This document shows positions 13,137 through 24,453 of a DNA stretch of 64,000 nucleotides, one piece after another. Source of the DNA: Rhodosorus marinus CCMP1338 (taxonomy: Eukaryota > Plantae > Rhodophyta); assembly GCA_029953675.1 (NCBI GenBank), contig JAMWBK010000010.1, positions 1,054,001-1,118,000 on the forward strand, read 5' to 3'. A program made the translations under genes and the position numbers. The notes under the pieces were generated by a model. It saw only the letters and a list, made by a program, of their open reading frames with translations. It made no database searches and was not told the origin of the DNA. Each line of letters begins with the position of its first letter. Position 1 is the stretch's first letter.

Positions 13137-15339
13137 TACTCTTCCCCTCTATTTATTTTTTTTGCTAGGTTTGAGCGGTCGAGTGCAGTAGTAGTCGGTT
13201 CCGTGCGGAGAAAAAATCCCAGCTGGCACGGAAGCTGGTATTCGACGGAAATCGAGAAAGAATCATCGCATGAGCAGCCACACCAAAAAAAAAGTAAAGG
13301 AGCTATAGAGGGGCTCAGAATGGTAGTTGCCCTGTTCCCTATTCCAATGGGATGGCTTCAGCTGGCGGGCACAAAGTGCAAGGACCTCGATACAAATAAC
13401 TAATCGCTGGGGGTTTAACACCCTTGGGGTATTCCCAAAGTCTCTTTACAGAGGGCTACGGGTCCTACATCCTTCCTCGGCTATGCTGAGGTTTCTGAAA
13501 AAACTAGACGCACAGTGAGGACGAAACAAAGAAACCTAGGCATCTCAACAGGCCTATACGAGCCTCAGAATGCAAGCCGTTACACCCTCCATGGAGTCTA
13601 CAATGACCGCCAGGATCCTAACGGACATCTCCGCAAGACGGAAATTGTAAAAACTGGCTCTTCCAGCATCCTCGTCGGTGATCCAGGTCATACGTATCCA
13701 GAAGGGATTTCATTGCCTACTACTGAGGGCATGCCTGATTTTCTCTTTATACGTAGGAAACACATCGTATCGATGACACAAAGTCCACCGACAGAATCGT
13801 ACCTCGCTTAACGCCTACCTCGCTGGACGCCCTCCAGCCGTTTCAGACCCTCCCGCACGTGCTGAACAGTTTCACAATCAGTGTCAGGGAAGCCCCGAAG
13901 ATCAAAGAACATAAAAATCATAATAAGCGTCATCTATAACTTAGTCAATATACAAATAACAATACCGCATTCTGCACAACTAAAAGTATTTTCATCAGAA
14001 AATGACTAGACTCGTATATGACCCTTACGCATAATTCAGGCATGGCTCGAGAACACAAGGGGAGGAACTTGAATGTCCACCCACGGTGTAAGTTTGATCG
14101 TCTTTCTTTTTTTTCACAGAAGATTTTTCAGGGCTCCTAATCAACTGCCTTGTCCGAAGTACCCAAAAATATTTAAAAATTACCATCAGTATCAATCAAA
14201 AACGAATTTTATTAGGTATTAGAATTCTTGTGAAAATTGGACGAACACAGTCCAATGAGGTGTGGGGGCGAGGGAGGGGAGCCCAACTAATGAAAAATAG
14301 TTATAATGTACCTGAAATTGGTGAAAAATAGGACTAGTTCGTAGTAGAATATCCAAATTTTAAAAGGTTTTTTGTTAAAATATCGATTCTGTTCTTCTAG
14401 TTGGCCTATGCAACTATGATCCAGCCAATTCTCGCACTATGAAAATATGTCTTTGAAATAGTTACCAAGTTTCATCTATTTCCCATCGGCCAATTCGTCC
14501 AACTACGCGTTTTATTCTGTTTTTATTGGGTAAACCTGCTCCCTGACGTTTATCCCGAAGTATAATTGGACAAGAAGCTTAATATTCTGTAATTCAAACA
14601 AGCCATCGTCAATATACAAAACAAAACCAAAACAACAAGAACAAATCCGTCTTGCGTGAGGACCTGTACCATGCTGGGAGCAGCAAAGCTTACAACGAGG
14701 GGTAAGACAAAAAGAGCAAATTATTCATTATTCAATTAATATATAATTTAAAACAATATATCAATTGCCATTGGAATCAGTTGTACAGGGGAGGAAGAGT
14801 ATTATTTTAGAAAATGCTTGATATCGTCCAAGGCGAGGAGGATTTTTTCCTTCGTTTTTCTTTTGAATTAAGATGTATATAGATCTATTTATTTTCATTT
14901 TTCATATTTGATACTGGGCTGGAGAAAAAAAAAATTATTGAGTGAACTGACAGATTGACTGACGTTTTTGCTAAGGAGCGTGGTTTTTTTTTGTTTTTGT
15001 GAGTGTCGGGGAGTTTTTTGATCTTTTTTTACAGGGAACTCTTCTTTTTTTTGCGGGGAGGTGATTCTAAAAAAAAACTGCGGGCTATGTGCGGCGGATC
15101 CTGAGGGACAGACTGATTCTGTCGAGGGCGATGATGCTTATTCAGGAATTTTGAAAGCACCACGTTGGGGATGTGTGGATGGTGGCTGGATGGTTGGAAC
15201 GTATAAGAGAGGACTTCGGCCTGCACAAGTTGTAGGTCACTTAGTCTACATTCTATTGTAAGGGCTTTGGAAGCAGTAGTTGGATTGGATGTGATTTTTT
15301 CTTGGTTTTTTGGAGAGTTTATTGAGATTGGTTTGGGTA

Positions 15340-15768
15340 ATGGGTAACGCGGTGTGTGTGATATTGAGAGTTCTTGAGGAAATCGCCTTTACGGCTGAGA
15401 CGAGGAACAAAACACTTTTGAATCGGACGGCTCTGCCAACGAAGGTCAAGCGAGTCTCGGGGAACAAGTTGACTTGTGCCAAGGCTACCTTCAAAAAGAG
15501 CCGGAAGAGGGTCAGCTTTTCCGACGAAGTCGAGGTAGTTTACTTCCGGCAAACGTACCCAGCGACTAGGGATCTGGAGCCAACAGCATCCTGGTCGCAA
15601 GGTGTATGCTCAGTTGAGACTCGGCCGAAGTCGCAGGCAAGAATCGCAGTGAACCGCGGTCAAGCCCCGAGAAGAAAGTCCAGCAAGGGACTGAAGATGA
15701 AAGGCTCACAGTTTTTTCAATCTTGGCATCCAGCTGGGAACGTTCGCAATAGCGGGATCGCATGTTGA
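15340..15768 (+). CDS. Small basic protein with MGNAVC N-terminus and RVxF (KRVSFSDEVEVVYF) motif
   Basis: 142-aa ORF from ATG at 15340. It has a putative myristoylation/palmitoylation N-terminus and a PP1-docking-like RVSF followed by a hydrophobic VVYF motif. No family recognised. Confidence 0.5.
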   Translation: MGNAVCVILRVLEEIAFTAETRNKTLLNRTALPTKVKRVSGNKLTCAKATFKKSRKRVSFSDEVEVVYFRQTYPATRDLEPTASWSQGVCSVETRPKSQARIAVNRGQAPRRKSSKGLKMKGSQFFQSWHPAGNVRNSGIAC

Positions 15769-15988
15769 ATTATTGTAGATCTGTGAACATTAACGGTCTG
15801 TAGTTTGGACCAAACCATTAAATTATACTTCAGTCTATTCCTTGCGGTTTGGGCGTGGGTGCGTCACAAGCATAGCAGTTGTCTCGCCTAAATTCAGCTT
15901 TTAATCCTTTCCGGAATATACTACAGGCCGCTCAGCTGGCAACCCCTCGTTCGGCAATCCGTGATCAATTCTCTGCAAACCAGGACCG

Positions 15989-18900
15989 TCAATAGTTGAT
16001 ATACTTAGGGCACACCTTCTTGATAGTTGGTTCGAGCTTCAGATCGAAAGCAACGCTCTTGAACAAAGCCCTCTCTTTCTCGTAGCGATGAACCTCGACT
16101 GCAATCAGGTTCGATCCTTCCCTTAGAAGGCCATTATAAATTGTCATTCGGAACTCTTCGAACTTGTTCTGCTCGCCTTTGGCGGTGGCCAGAGACTCCG
16201 CAATTGGGGTAGTACTCAAAAGATTCTTGGATAAAACTCTTACTCCGTTGATGTAGGCAATAAAACCGTCTCCATAGCGGAGCTTCAAAGACGCATTCGG
16301 CCCCTCAAGACATTGAATAGCGTCCCCGGAGACGTTAAACGTCTTCCTGAAGTAGTACGAGATGTGACGGTGCTCAAAAATAGTATTCAACTTCGGCACC
16401 GAGTAACCAAATGCTGCCCTAGCCGTCTTCCAAGTGGAATCATCAAAATCATCGCCTCGGAAACTCTGACTAATTGTAGTTGCCTGTACCCCTGTGAACG
16501 TCTCGTCTGTGTACTTCCACTCCTCTTCCCCACTGACAAGTTTACAATGCCCATAGTGGCTCTGCGAGCAGGGACTGACCGCTTTCGGGATGGTATAGTC
16601 CCTCCGAATTCGAAGAGCACTGGGACGGTTCGTCATAGGGCCAGCTGGAAGTCTCACCCGTCGGTAAAAGTCGTCACCCTCGCAGTAGTCGTAGAAGAAG
16701 GGCGTTCCCGCAGGGTAGGATACTTCCCCCCCGCGGCATGGGGCCAGGAAAAAGTTTGGGTTGTCCTCTTCACCTTTATAGTTTCGGTGGTTTTGCTCGA
16801 ACAACAGATCGACTGTACCACTACATGCACCTTCACCGTCCTCATAGTCAATGACGAACTCCTTCGGATACCCCTGACTTGAGGCCAAGCTCACAATGTA
16901 GGCTCTGCCACCAAGAACGTTGAAGTGGAAAACCTCCTGTTTTCGGACGGCCTTCAACTTCTCGCTAGTGGATTCACCTCCATCTGAAAGCCTCGTCAAT
17001 TTCATCGAATACGTGCTGCCGATGTTTGTCGGAATGGCAATTGAAATGCTTCGCTGACATGTGTTTGGACAGAAATTGGAGTAGCTTCCTACCATTACAC
17101 AGCTGTTCGTATTGCGGCTTTGCTGCACGAGCTCTGTAGGGGTCACGTAGCCGCTCCTTCCCCCGAACAGATTTCCGCCCTCGATTCGAATTGCGTAGAA
17201 ATCGAAGCGCCTGTCATTGGCGGTAACAGCGCTGTCAAAGTTGAAAACGTTCGATTGATCGTCCGCGAAGACTCCTATCATTGCAGTCGACGCTCTGAAG
17301 AAGCCGGTTTTCCTCGGGTTTCCAGTATTCATCGAGACCAGCGGATGGCTGCAGTCGGCAAACTTGTCCAGGCGCAAATCAATGAACTGAGTACCGTTCT
17401 CTGTCGAGCTATCCTTCCGACTTCCTTGCATGTCGATAGCTCCGTTCAACGGACAACGATTCCAGGTGTCGCTCTTGCCAACAATGACAGAGTCTCGAAA
17501 TACGAGACTGCTTGTTTCTCTGAAGAAGATTGCAGAATCTCGGTTGTCCACAAGAAAAGCATTTTCAATGACTAAGTTTGTACTTTCGTGCATGAACACC
17601 CCGATCCTATTCCTCCATCCGAGATAGTCCTTGAATACAGCCTGCTGTAGTGGTCTGTAGCCATCTGGATAAGTCTGGAACCCGAAGCCATGGTTGGAAT
17701 GCGCTTCATTCGCCACAAACGAGCCAAGCTCAACCGCTTGTGGATTGAGCCCTTCGTACTCTGGTCTTTCCTTTGATACTCCAGTGACGAATGTTTCCAG
17801 TTCGTACCAGATTCCGGCGAGATCTGATCCCGAACACACGTTGTATTCCACGATGTTGTTAGGGTTAGAAAGCCAGAACATTGATGGCCTGTTGTCTGTT
17901 TGCTTTCTTCCGTCTTTGACAATCAAGTTCTCCTGTACAAAGTTTCGGAACCCAATATTCCTCCTCATAATGTTGCCAACTTCCACTCCGTCCTCGAGGA
18001 CCAAACCGTGCCCGACAATGTGGTGGAAGACGTTGTCCTCCGCGAGCACGTTATCAGTTTGGTGAATGACGAGCCCCCTTTGCAGTCCGTTGTAAATCGT
18101 ATTGCTACTGAAGGAAGATCCTTGCTGATCCCCGCATAAATGGAAGTGCATCGGGTATTTGCCGAGCTCTCCTTCAATTCCCAAGCCGACAATCTCTACT
18201 CCATGAATGGTCTGTGTGTCGAGTGTCTCGTGTATTTGCATGTGGCCTCCATCCTTGCTGTTGCTCTCTCCAATCTCGCTGCTGATGGTAATATCTCGAC
18301 TCAGCAAGCCAACCTCTCCGGCGAGACTGACCGCCTTCCCGTTCTTAGCTGTCACCTGAACTTCCAAGCCCGAATGTTCATAGTTCAGTGCCATGTCAAT
18401 GAATATTTCTGACGTCTGGCACCCAGGTCCACAAGTAACCGCCACAATAGTTGCCATTTCTGCTTCCTCTTCGCTCTCTCCTGTTGCTGAAATCACAATC
18501 CGCATCCCCGGCTTCCAGCACTGGATGACGTCACCTTCCACAACGATCTTATTGGTTCTTCTCGGCACCGTCCGAGCAATCTTAGTCCACGTTTTTTTCA
18601 TGCATGCCTCTCCTCCATGTACGCCGTACATGCGGACTTGCCCCCCGACTAGGGCGAAAGTCCTCTTACCGAGCTCCACACTTTGGCCATCTCTGGTGTA
18701 GCTCAAGGGCTTCCCTTCCGTGAGCAGGAACGAGACCTTCTGACCATCCGTGTGCCCCTCCTCCGCTCCAACATCGAGTCGTCCCTGAACAAGAATGTAG
18801 TCCGCCAAAATAGTGACGTAGGAGGACGGCGCGATTCGCAAAAATCCATTTATTTCCAGGCTTCCTAGTTTCGGAATCCGTTCCGATGTTATCTCAACTG

Positions 18901-19096
18901 CAGTTCCACAGGGGACAAGCACGTCATCCCCAGGCGCAATGCTTCCGTACGTCTCCGCGACAAACTGACTCCATGGGATATAGCTGCTGGTTGAATCCAG
19001 GTACAGAGCCGAGTTGCATGGAAGTCGTCCGAAAATTGCGCTGGCGTTTCCAGCCAAGAACAGAATCAGGATGCCCAAAACCACTCGCAGTCTCAT
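15989..19096 (-). CDS. Secreted G8-domain / parallel beta-helix protein (CEMIP/TMEM2/fibrocystin-like) with C-terminal beta-sandwich domain
   Basis: Intronless, 1035 aa, signal peptide MRLRVVLGILILFLAGNASA. G8 motifs (LGSLEINGFLRI, ILVQGRLDVG), VGLLSRDITI, GGHMQI, LGKYPMHFHLCGD, PbH1 repeats (GLVIHQTDNVLAEDNV, GHGLVLEDG), FWLSNPNN. C-terminal YFRKTF..YGDGFIAYINGVRV..NLIAVEVH. Confidence 0.9.
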   Translation of the reverse strand: MRLRVVLGILILFLAGNASAIFGRLPCNSALYLDSTSSYIPWSQFVAETYGSIAPGDDVLVPCGTAVEITSERIPKLGSLEINGFLRIAPSSYVTILADYILVQGRLDVGAEEGHTDGQKVSFLLTEGKPLSYTRDGQSVELGKRTFALVGGQVRMYGVHGGEACMKKTWTKIARTVPRRTNKIVVEGDVIQCWKPGMRIVISATGESEEEAEMATIVAVTCGPGCQTSEIFIDMALNYEHSGLEVQVTAKNGKAVSLAGEVGLLSRDITISSEIGESNSKDGGHMQIHETLDTQTIHGVEIVGLGIEGELGKYPMHFHLCGDQQGSSFSSNTIYNGLQRGLVIHQTDNVLAEDNVFHHIVGHGLVLEDGVEVGNIMRRNIGFRNFVQENLIVKDGRKQTDNRPSMFWLSNPNNIVEYNVCSGSDLAGIWYELETFVTGVSKERPEYEGLNPQAVELGSFVANEAHSNHGFGFQTYPDGYRPLQQAVFKDYLGWRNRIGVFMHESTNLVIENAFLVDNRDSAIFFRETSSLVFRDSVIVGKSDTWNRCPLNGAIDMQGSRKDSSTENGTQFIDLRLDKFADCSHPLVSMNTGNPRKTGFFRASTAMIGVFADDQSNVFNFDSAVTANDRRFDFYAIRIEGGNLFGGRSGYVTPTELVQQSRNTNSCVMVGSYSNFCPNTCQRSISIAIPTNIGSTYSMKLTRLSDGGESTSEKLKAVRKQEVFHFNVLGGRAYIVSLASSQGYPKEFVIDYEDGEGACSGTVDLLFEQNHRNYKGEEDNPNFFLAPCRGGEVSYPAGTPFFYDYCEGDDFYRRVRLPAGPMTNRPSALRIRRDYTIPKAVSPCSQSHYGHCKLVSGEEEWKYTDETFTGVQATTISQSFRGDDFDDSTWKTARAAFGYSVPKLNTIFEHRHISYYFRKTFNVSGDAIQCLEGPNASLKLRYGDGFIAYINGVRVLSKNLLSTTPIAESLATAKGEQNKFEEFRMTIYNGLLREGSNLIAVEVHRYEKERALFKSVAFDLKLEPTIKKVCPKYINY

Positions 19097-20137
19097 CGTC
19101 GTTCAGGATCAAGCAACTGATTACACTCGGCTCCTCATAAACTGATCCTGCCTGTCCCCCACCCACCCAATAACTTGCAACAGAATTGACACTCACACAC
19201 CCAGCCATGCGTCAAACGCCAATGGAAAGGTCAGTGGTCCGACATGTCCTATGGCTTTAATAACACTCGACATATCCCCAACGTAATAACTAAATGTTAT
19301 CATCCATCGGTGACACCCACTCAACCCTTAATAAGCAACGATTTTGCGACTGGATGAGTGGGGAATTGACAAAAAGAAAAATTGATCCACGGATTCGCGG
19401 GGTTGTCCGCTCCACTCCTTTTTGGTTCCTCTTCATCGGTTTTTGAACTTTTTCTATTCAACACCCTGATCTACCGCAACGAGTAAACTTACCAACAAAA
19501 ACGTCGGTAATTCAATGAACCTCTCTCCTATCGCGCCCTTTTTCAAGGCAAAGTCTAGGTACTCTCGATCTAAAAACATAGCCTCCAGTTTACAACAACC
19601 TTCACCAGCATACGAACACACATCCATCGACCGGCCAAGGAGATCAACCCCGAAAAACTCCCCTGCAAAAGCGTGAAGACTAACAAATCCAAAAAAAAAA
19701 TTGAAGTATTTCAAAGATGTCCCATCTCTCATTGGTGGATCTTAGCCATTTGATCATCGGATGGATCCAAAAACTTAGTTCCCATTGTCACCTGCGTATA
19801 GAGTTTTTACTGTTTTTGTCAACCATTAGGAATCTTGCGCTATTTTATTATTATTGATTTCTGCGCAACAGAGGAACCCTTGCTAGATGGTCTATTTACC
19901 TAACAATTCAGAGAGGAGAAAGTTGGCCAAAGAAAACCAACCGAAAAAATTGGAAAAAGAAGCCAAAGGAAAAGAAATGTTTTTTTCTCGGTCTTTTACC
20001 AATTCGAGAAAAATTAGAAATAGACATGACCGTTCCATGTTTCTGCTTATGTCTAGAACAAAAACTCGGCATAAAAAAAGGGCGTTTCACGCTTGTATTT
20101 GCGTATAAGAAACAAATGAAGAAGGACAATGCTCCTG

Positions 20138-20221
20138 TTCACTATTAACAACCTCCGAAAAACTCGTTTTTTGGTATATGAGCAAGATTTTGATATTTTC
20201 ACTATTAACAACCTCCGAAAA
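20138..20221. repeat. Short direct repeat, 60-bp period
   Basis: TTCACTATTAACAACCTCCGAAAA at 20138-20161 and 20198-20221, with partial similarity continuing downstream (AGATTTTGAT). Confidence 0.85.
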
Positions 20222-23200
20222 TTGTATATTGGCTAGATTTTGATTTTTTTGCTGTGTTTGTTTTTTTTTCTTTCTGAAGAGAGGATTCTACATATCAAAA
20301 AAAGAAACGGAAATGCCTTTTTGCCGTCCGTCCTCATGTTTTGACAAGATGTTGTCAAACCGCGTTGACTCCGGAGTCAAAAAAAATTTAAAAAACAACG
20401 AGAAGTGAAGTGGTGGGACGTGTCCCGTCTATTTCATTGTGCGTTCTGTTCCGTAAATTGGACAGTGGAGTCCCAACGACGAATGGTTCACTTTTACTAT
20501 TTGGAGTTCAATGCAAGTTTTAATAGTCATCTGGGTTTTTGCAAAGGAAAGAAAACTGTAATACGATGAATGTATTTATTTTCTCGAACTGTCAAGCCTG
20601 GGAATGAAGACGGTAGTACGTACGGACGTACTAAGGGGTAGAATTTTGGTATCTGAATGCATATCTTTTTGTTAAAATTAGGTTTGTCGGTGATTAATAT
20701 ACAGAAAAACTGTGATGCTTCAGCCAATCCACGTACTCTGATGGAGAAAAGGTATTACCCCGTCCGTAGATGGTGCAAGCATTTGAGAAGAAGCTAATTT
20801 GAAAACTTTGCAGGGCTCTTTGGAGTTCTCGTGGATTCGAGCTTTAGGGGCTACAGAAAAAATAGCAATTCAAAACTCAACAAATGATTGGTCAATATGA
20901 AATGGCTCTCCAATCATCCTTCGGGAGTCGCATGGTAATCTTTGATTGGTAGCCTATCGTCGATAATTGATCGGGCTTGAAGATTGTATTTAAATATCTT
21001 TTGTTGGGAATTACGCCCGCTGACTCAACGGATAGATTACCAGTTTTCATTTGTTGAATGATTTCTTCTATCTCGCGATCGACAAAGTGAATTGTTCGAT
21101 GAATCGGCATTTATTCCCCCCCGAGGAAGAGATTTACTTGGTGCTACTATGCACAGGCCCATTACAGTCCCTCTGGGTAGGTGTTGTTGTGTGGCCTTAG
21201 GCGATGCCTGGGCTCCGCCTATCGCTCTGATTCTTGAGGCTCGTCATCTATGACTTCGTACAGCATGGACGAGAATCCAAGCAGAAAGTACGGCTCCATT
21301 TCGGTTTTTGGATGGATTTACTGGATGAAGCCAGGGTAGACCAGGAGTCACCAATTCAGAGACGACCCGTAATGCAGACCTTCCTTGAGAGTCTAGCTAG
21401 ATCTGTACATGGTGTCCCAGAAAGAGCACTTCGAAGGAAGTTAGACCAGTATGTGTTTCTTACTGGCGTCCAGTTCCGTTGCTCTGTAAGCCCTTAGAAG
21501 AAAAACTAGTTTGCTCCTTGAAGCTGCAAAACCCCATAGGACGGCACCTACTAGAAAAAGCTGTAGACGAAAATCACTTAAATTTGGTACACATATTTTC
21601 GTTTTAGGAACCGCCTCTTTTCCCGATGTGCAGCGCAGAATTCTCTAATATCAGCAGTCTCATCTGTTCTGAGACATATCAGTTCAGATCATAACAATCA
21701 AGGTGCAAAATTTGTACACCTGCACGCAGCTTTATATCTCGATGAGCATGTGAAGACAAATCTGGATGGTGGCTGGAGGTGAGCGCTTCAAAGCGGCCTT
21801 CGAAACGGGGTACATGAGGAAGAGGTCGGAGACGGTGAAAGTTCCTGGTGCGTACCGTTGCGTCCGAATACGGCGCCACTCGTAATCGCCATTACGCTGC
21901 ACAACGGAGAGCAACTGCGGAAAAAACTTCAACACGCACACACAGCACTGCGGCACTCAGGATATTCGGATGCCCGGTGACCACACGGGGTAGAGGTACT
22001 GCAAACCTCCCACTACTCGTCACGATACAAGTTTGTGAAGGTCGAAATCTGTGGCTGGCAAGAACCAAGCTGCAGTGAGAACCCAGCAGTAGCATATCGT
22101 AATTTGAGACAAGCATGGTAACTCTTGGCAGCACCAAGTGACCTTGCTTGCAAGGTAGGAGCCTATCGACTTCATCTTCGAGCCTCGTCAGTCTGTCAAG
22201 ACGCTTTTCTCTCAGTTTGAAAAGCCTTAGCCGCAGCGGAACCACGAGCCACTGTAAAGCAGACAGCCAAGCAGGTGTATACCAAAGTTAGAACAGAACG
22301 ATCAGTCTCCATCCATTCAATGGGATAAAACAAGCTCACTCCCATCGTGGGCTTTCCCAAGAACGGCGAAACCTGAAACATCTCATGCATGTGAAACCGT
22401 CGCCTCTATTCGCCCGGAAAGACACTACGTCTGTCTCTAGCATGAGAACTAGATCGTTAGACCTTTCGGGGGCAGGCAGATACAAGCCGATGTGGAAACT
22501 CTTCCTCTCATGGGCTCCTGCCCGATGTTGACACGAAACGATTGGATTGAGGGTTGGATACGATTGAAGTGCAATAGTGCTGGATCGTCGCTCCTGTTTG
22601 AGGCTGCTATTGCTCAGTAAAGGCTACGGATTGATCTGTTGATTGAGAGGTTGCGTCCACCTCCCAGAAGATCCTACGAACAAGGAGTATTACACGCTCA
22701 ACCAGCCATCTGCTCACTTCCCTCTGAACGCTTCATTATCCAGCCAAACCATTGCCAACCGTACTTGTGCGTCCAGTCGGGTCATTTTCCCGGGCCTCCA
22801 TTGGCCTCCTTCCCGATTGGAGGCTTACATCCCTTCGCGTCTAGTCATGCTAGTACAACTAGAAACAAGTACTACAAAAGCACAAGCATGTACGAATCAG
22901 TATCTTTCAAAGAGCAGATAGTATTTCGGAGAACCTATTCCATCCAAAAATGGACACACATGGATTAAAAATACTACCAAAAAAATTCCGCCTATGACAG
23001 CCAACGATTGGTCCAATGCATGGGAAGATATTTTGATTTAGGACACGTGTCGATACCGTCGACTTCATTGCACGATTTACTAGTAAGTGACGAATACAAG
23101 AAAGATCTCTTTCTGAGACCTTCTACCACTTCCCACCTGCAACAAACTGCAAATTACGGAAAGGAGATGACACTTAAATATATATTTATAAAAAAATCGA

Positions 23201-23581
23201 ATTTTGACCTAATTTATCTGATTTGCTTCAAGTTAGTACGAATAACAGTACACTCAGTTACCAGGTGGATGAGCAATGCGTGCGGATTGATGTTGAGCAC
23301 GTGGTGACGGTGGGGAGTGGCGGATGGGGGGGGATCATTGCAGACCTCGCGATGAAGACCGCAGGTTGGATCCTGAAAAGTTTTGCCCTGACTAATCTTT
23401 TTTTTTCTGTTGCTTTGATGATCTGCTGAGAAAAGACAGCATTTTGCACTAGCAAGTGACTGATGAGGTGAAAGGCTCCGCGTGTCAGTGGTTCGGAGCT
23501 TGGGGGGCGGTATTGGAAAAGTGGAAAGTACAGGCTCTTTTGTCGGCAGATAGACTATAGGAACAGGGTGCTTGCTGTTCG

Positions 23582-24453
23582 ATGGCGGTCGGATTTGTGT
23601 TCGGTGACCCGCTATGGAGGTGGGAGAGGATGAGGACCGGTGGGAGGGTGTGCAGAAGGGTGACAGTTAATGCGGAAGGTGAACCCCGTGGTGAGGATTT
23701 GGTGCAGGCAATGCGGGAGTATACGAAGAACTCTCAAGAGCTGTCGAATCCGAAAGGTTTAATTCCTTCTCATCAACTAGTTCGGAGAGATGCCGATGGG
23801 GAAACGCTTAAGGAGAGGTTTGTGTACGTAGAGGAACAGGATTGCATAGGGTGCAGTCACTGTGCGATGACTGCTAGGAACACGTTTTTCCTGGAGAATG
23901 ATTACGGGCGGGCTAGAGCGTTTCAACAGGAGGCGGATCCAGATGAGCTCATTTCTGAAGCCATTGACACGTATGCTCGGAGCAACACTATACGACTGCT
24001 TGGCCATGCTGAATTTTCTGACCGCTGCTTTCTTTGCTAATTTTAGCTGCCCGGTGAGCTGCATTTACTTCGTCCCATACGATGAGCTAGTAATTTTGGA
24101 GAAGGAACGAGAAGGCCAAGAGATCAACAATAAGCAACGTTTGGTCGGGACTTCTAACTCGAACAAGAACATTTCAAAATCTAAGGTTTTGTCTAGCGCA
24201 TCGATGAGATGCGAATCATGTCCCCAGCGGGGTTGTCAAAAGTGTCCCATGTATGGTACGTTGTCGGTATATCCCAGACAGCATGTCTGAAGAAGCAAGC
24301 ATAACTCGCATTCTCATTGAACGAGGTGTCAAACTTGACATGAACACAGGCGTCGGGGAGAATCCACAGTATATGGCGAAGCTAGAGGCGAAAGAGAAGA
24401 AAAACAAAGCAAAAAAGCAAGCAGAATCGGGATCGAGGAGGATCTTGTTCTAG
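23582..24453 (+). CDS. Plastid-targeted 4Fe-4S ferredoxin-domain protein related to the DnaJ-Fer (CDJ3-5/DJC76-type) family, J domain absent
   Basis: Exons 23582-23970, 24047-24255, 24350-24453. Motifs FVYVEEQDCIGCSHC, FFLENDYGRARAFQQ, EAIDTCPVSCIYFV and C-terminal CESCPQRGCQKCPMYGVG. N-terminus MAVGFVFG is transit-peptide-like. Confidence 0.85.

Noticed and set aside
13203-13900. ORF 13515-13811 and a possible minus-strand exon FFDLRGFPDTDC..
   Set aside because: No consistent gene model or family signature.
7748-19208. Many 60-190-aa ORFs antisense or out of frame to the PPR and G8 genes
   Set aside because: They are shadow ORFs of long GC-balanced coding regions with no motifs.
19454-19732. 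92-aa minus ORF
   Set aside because: No motif or splice support.
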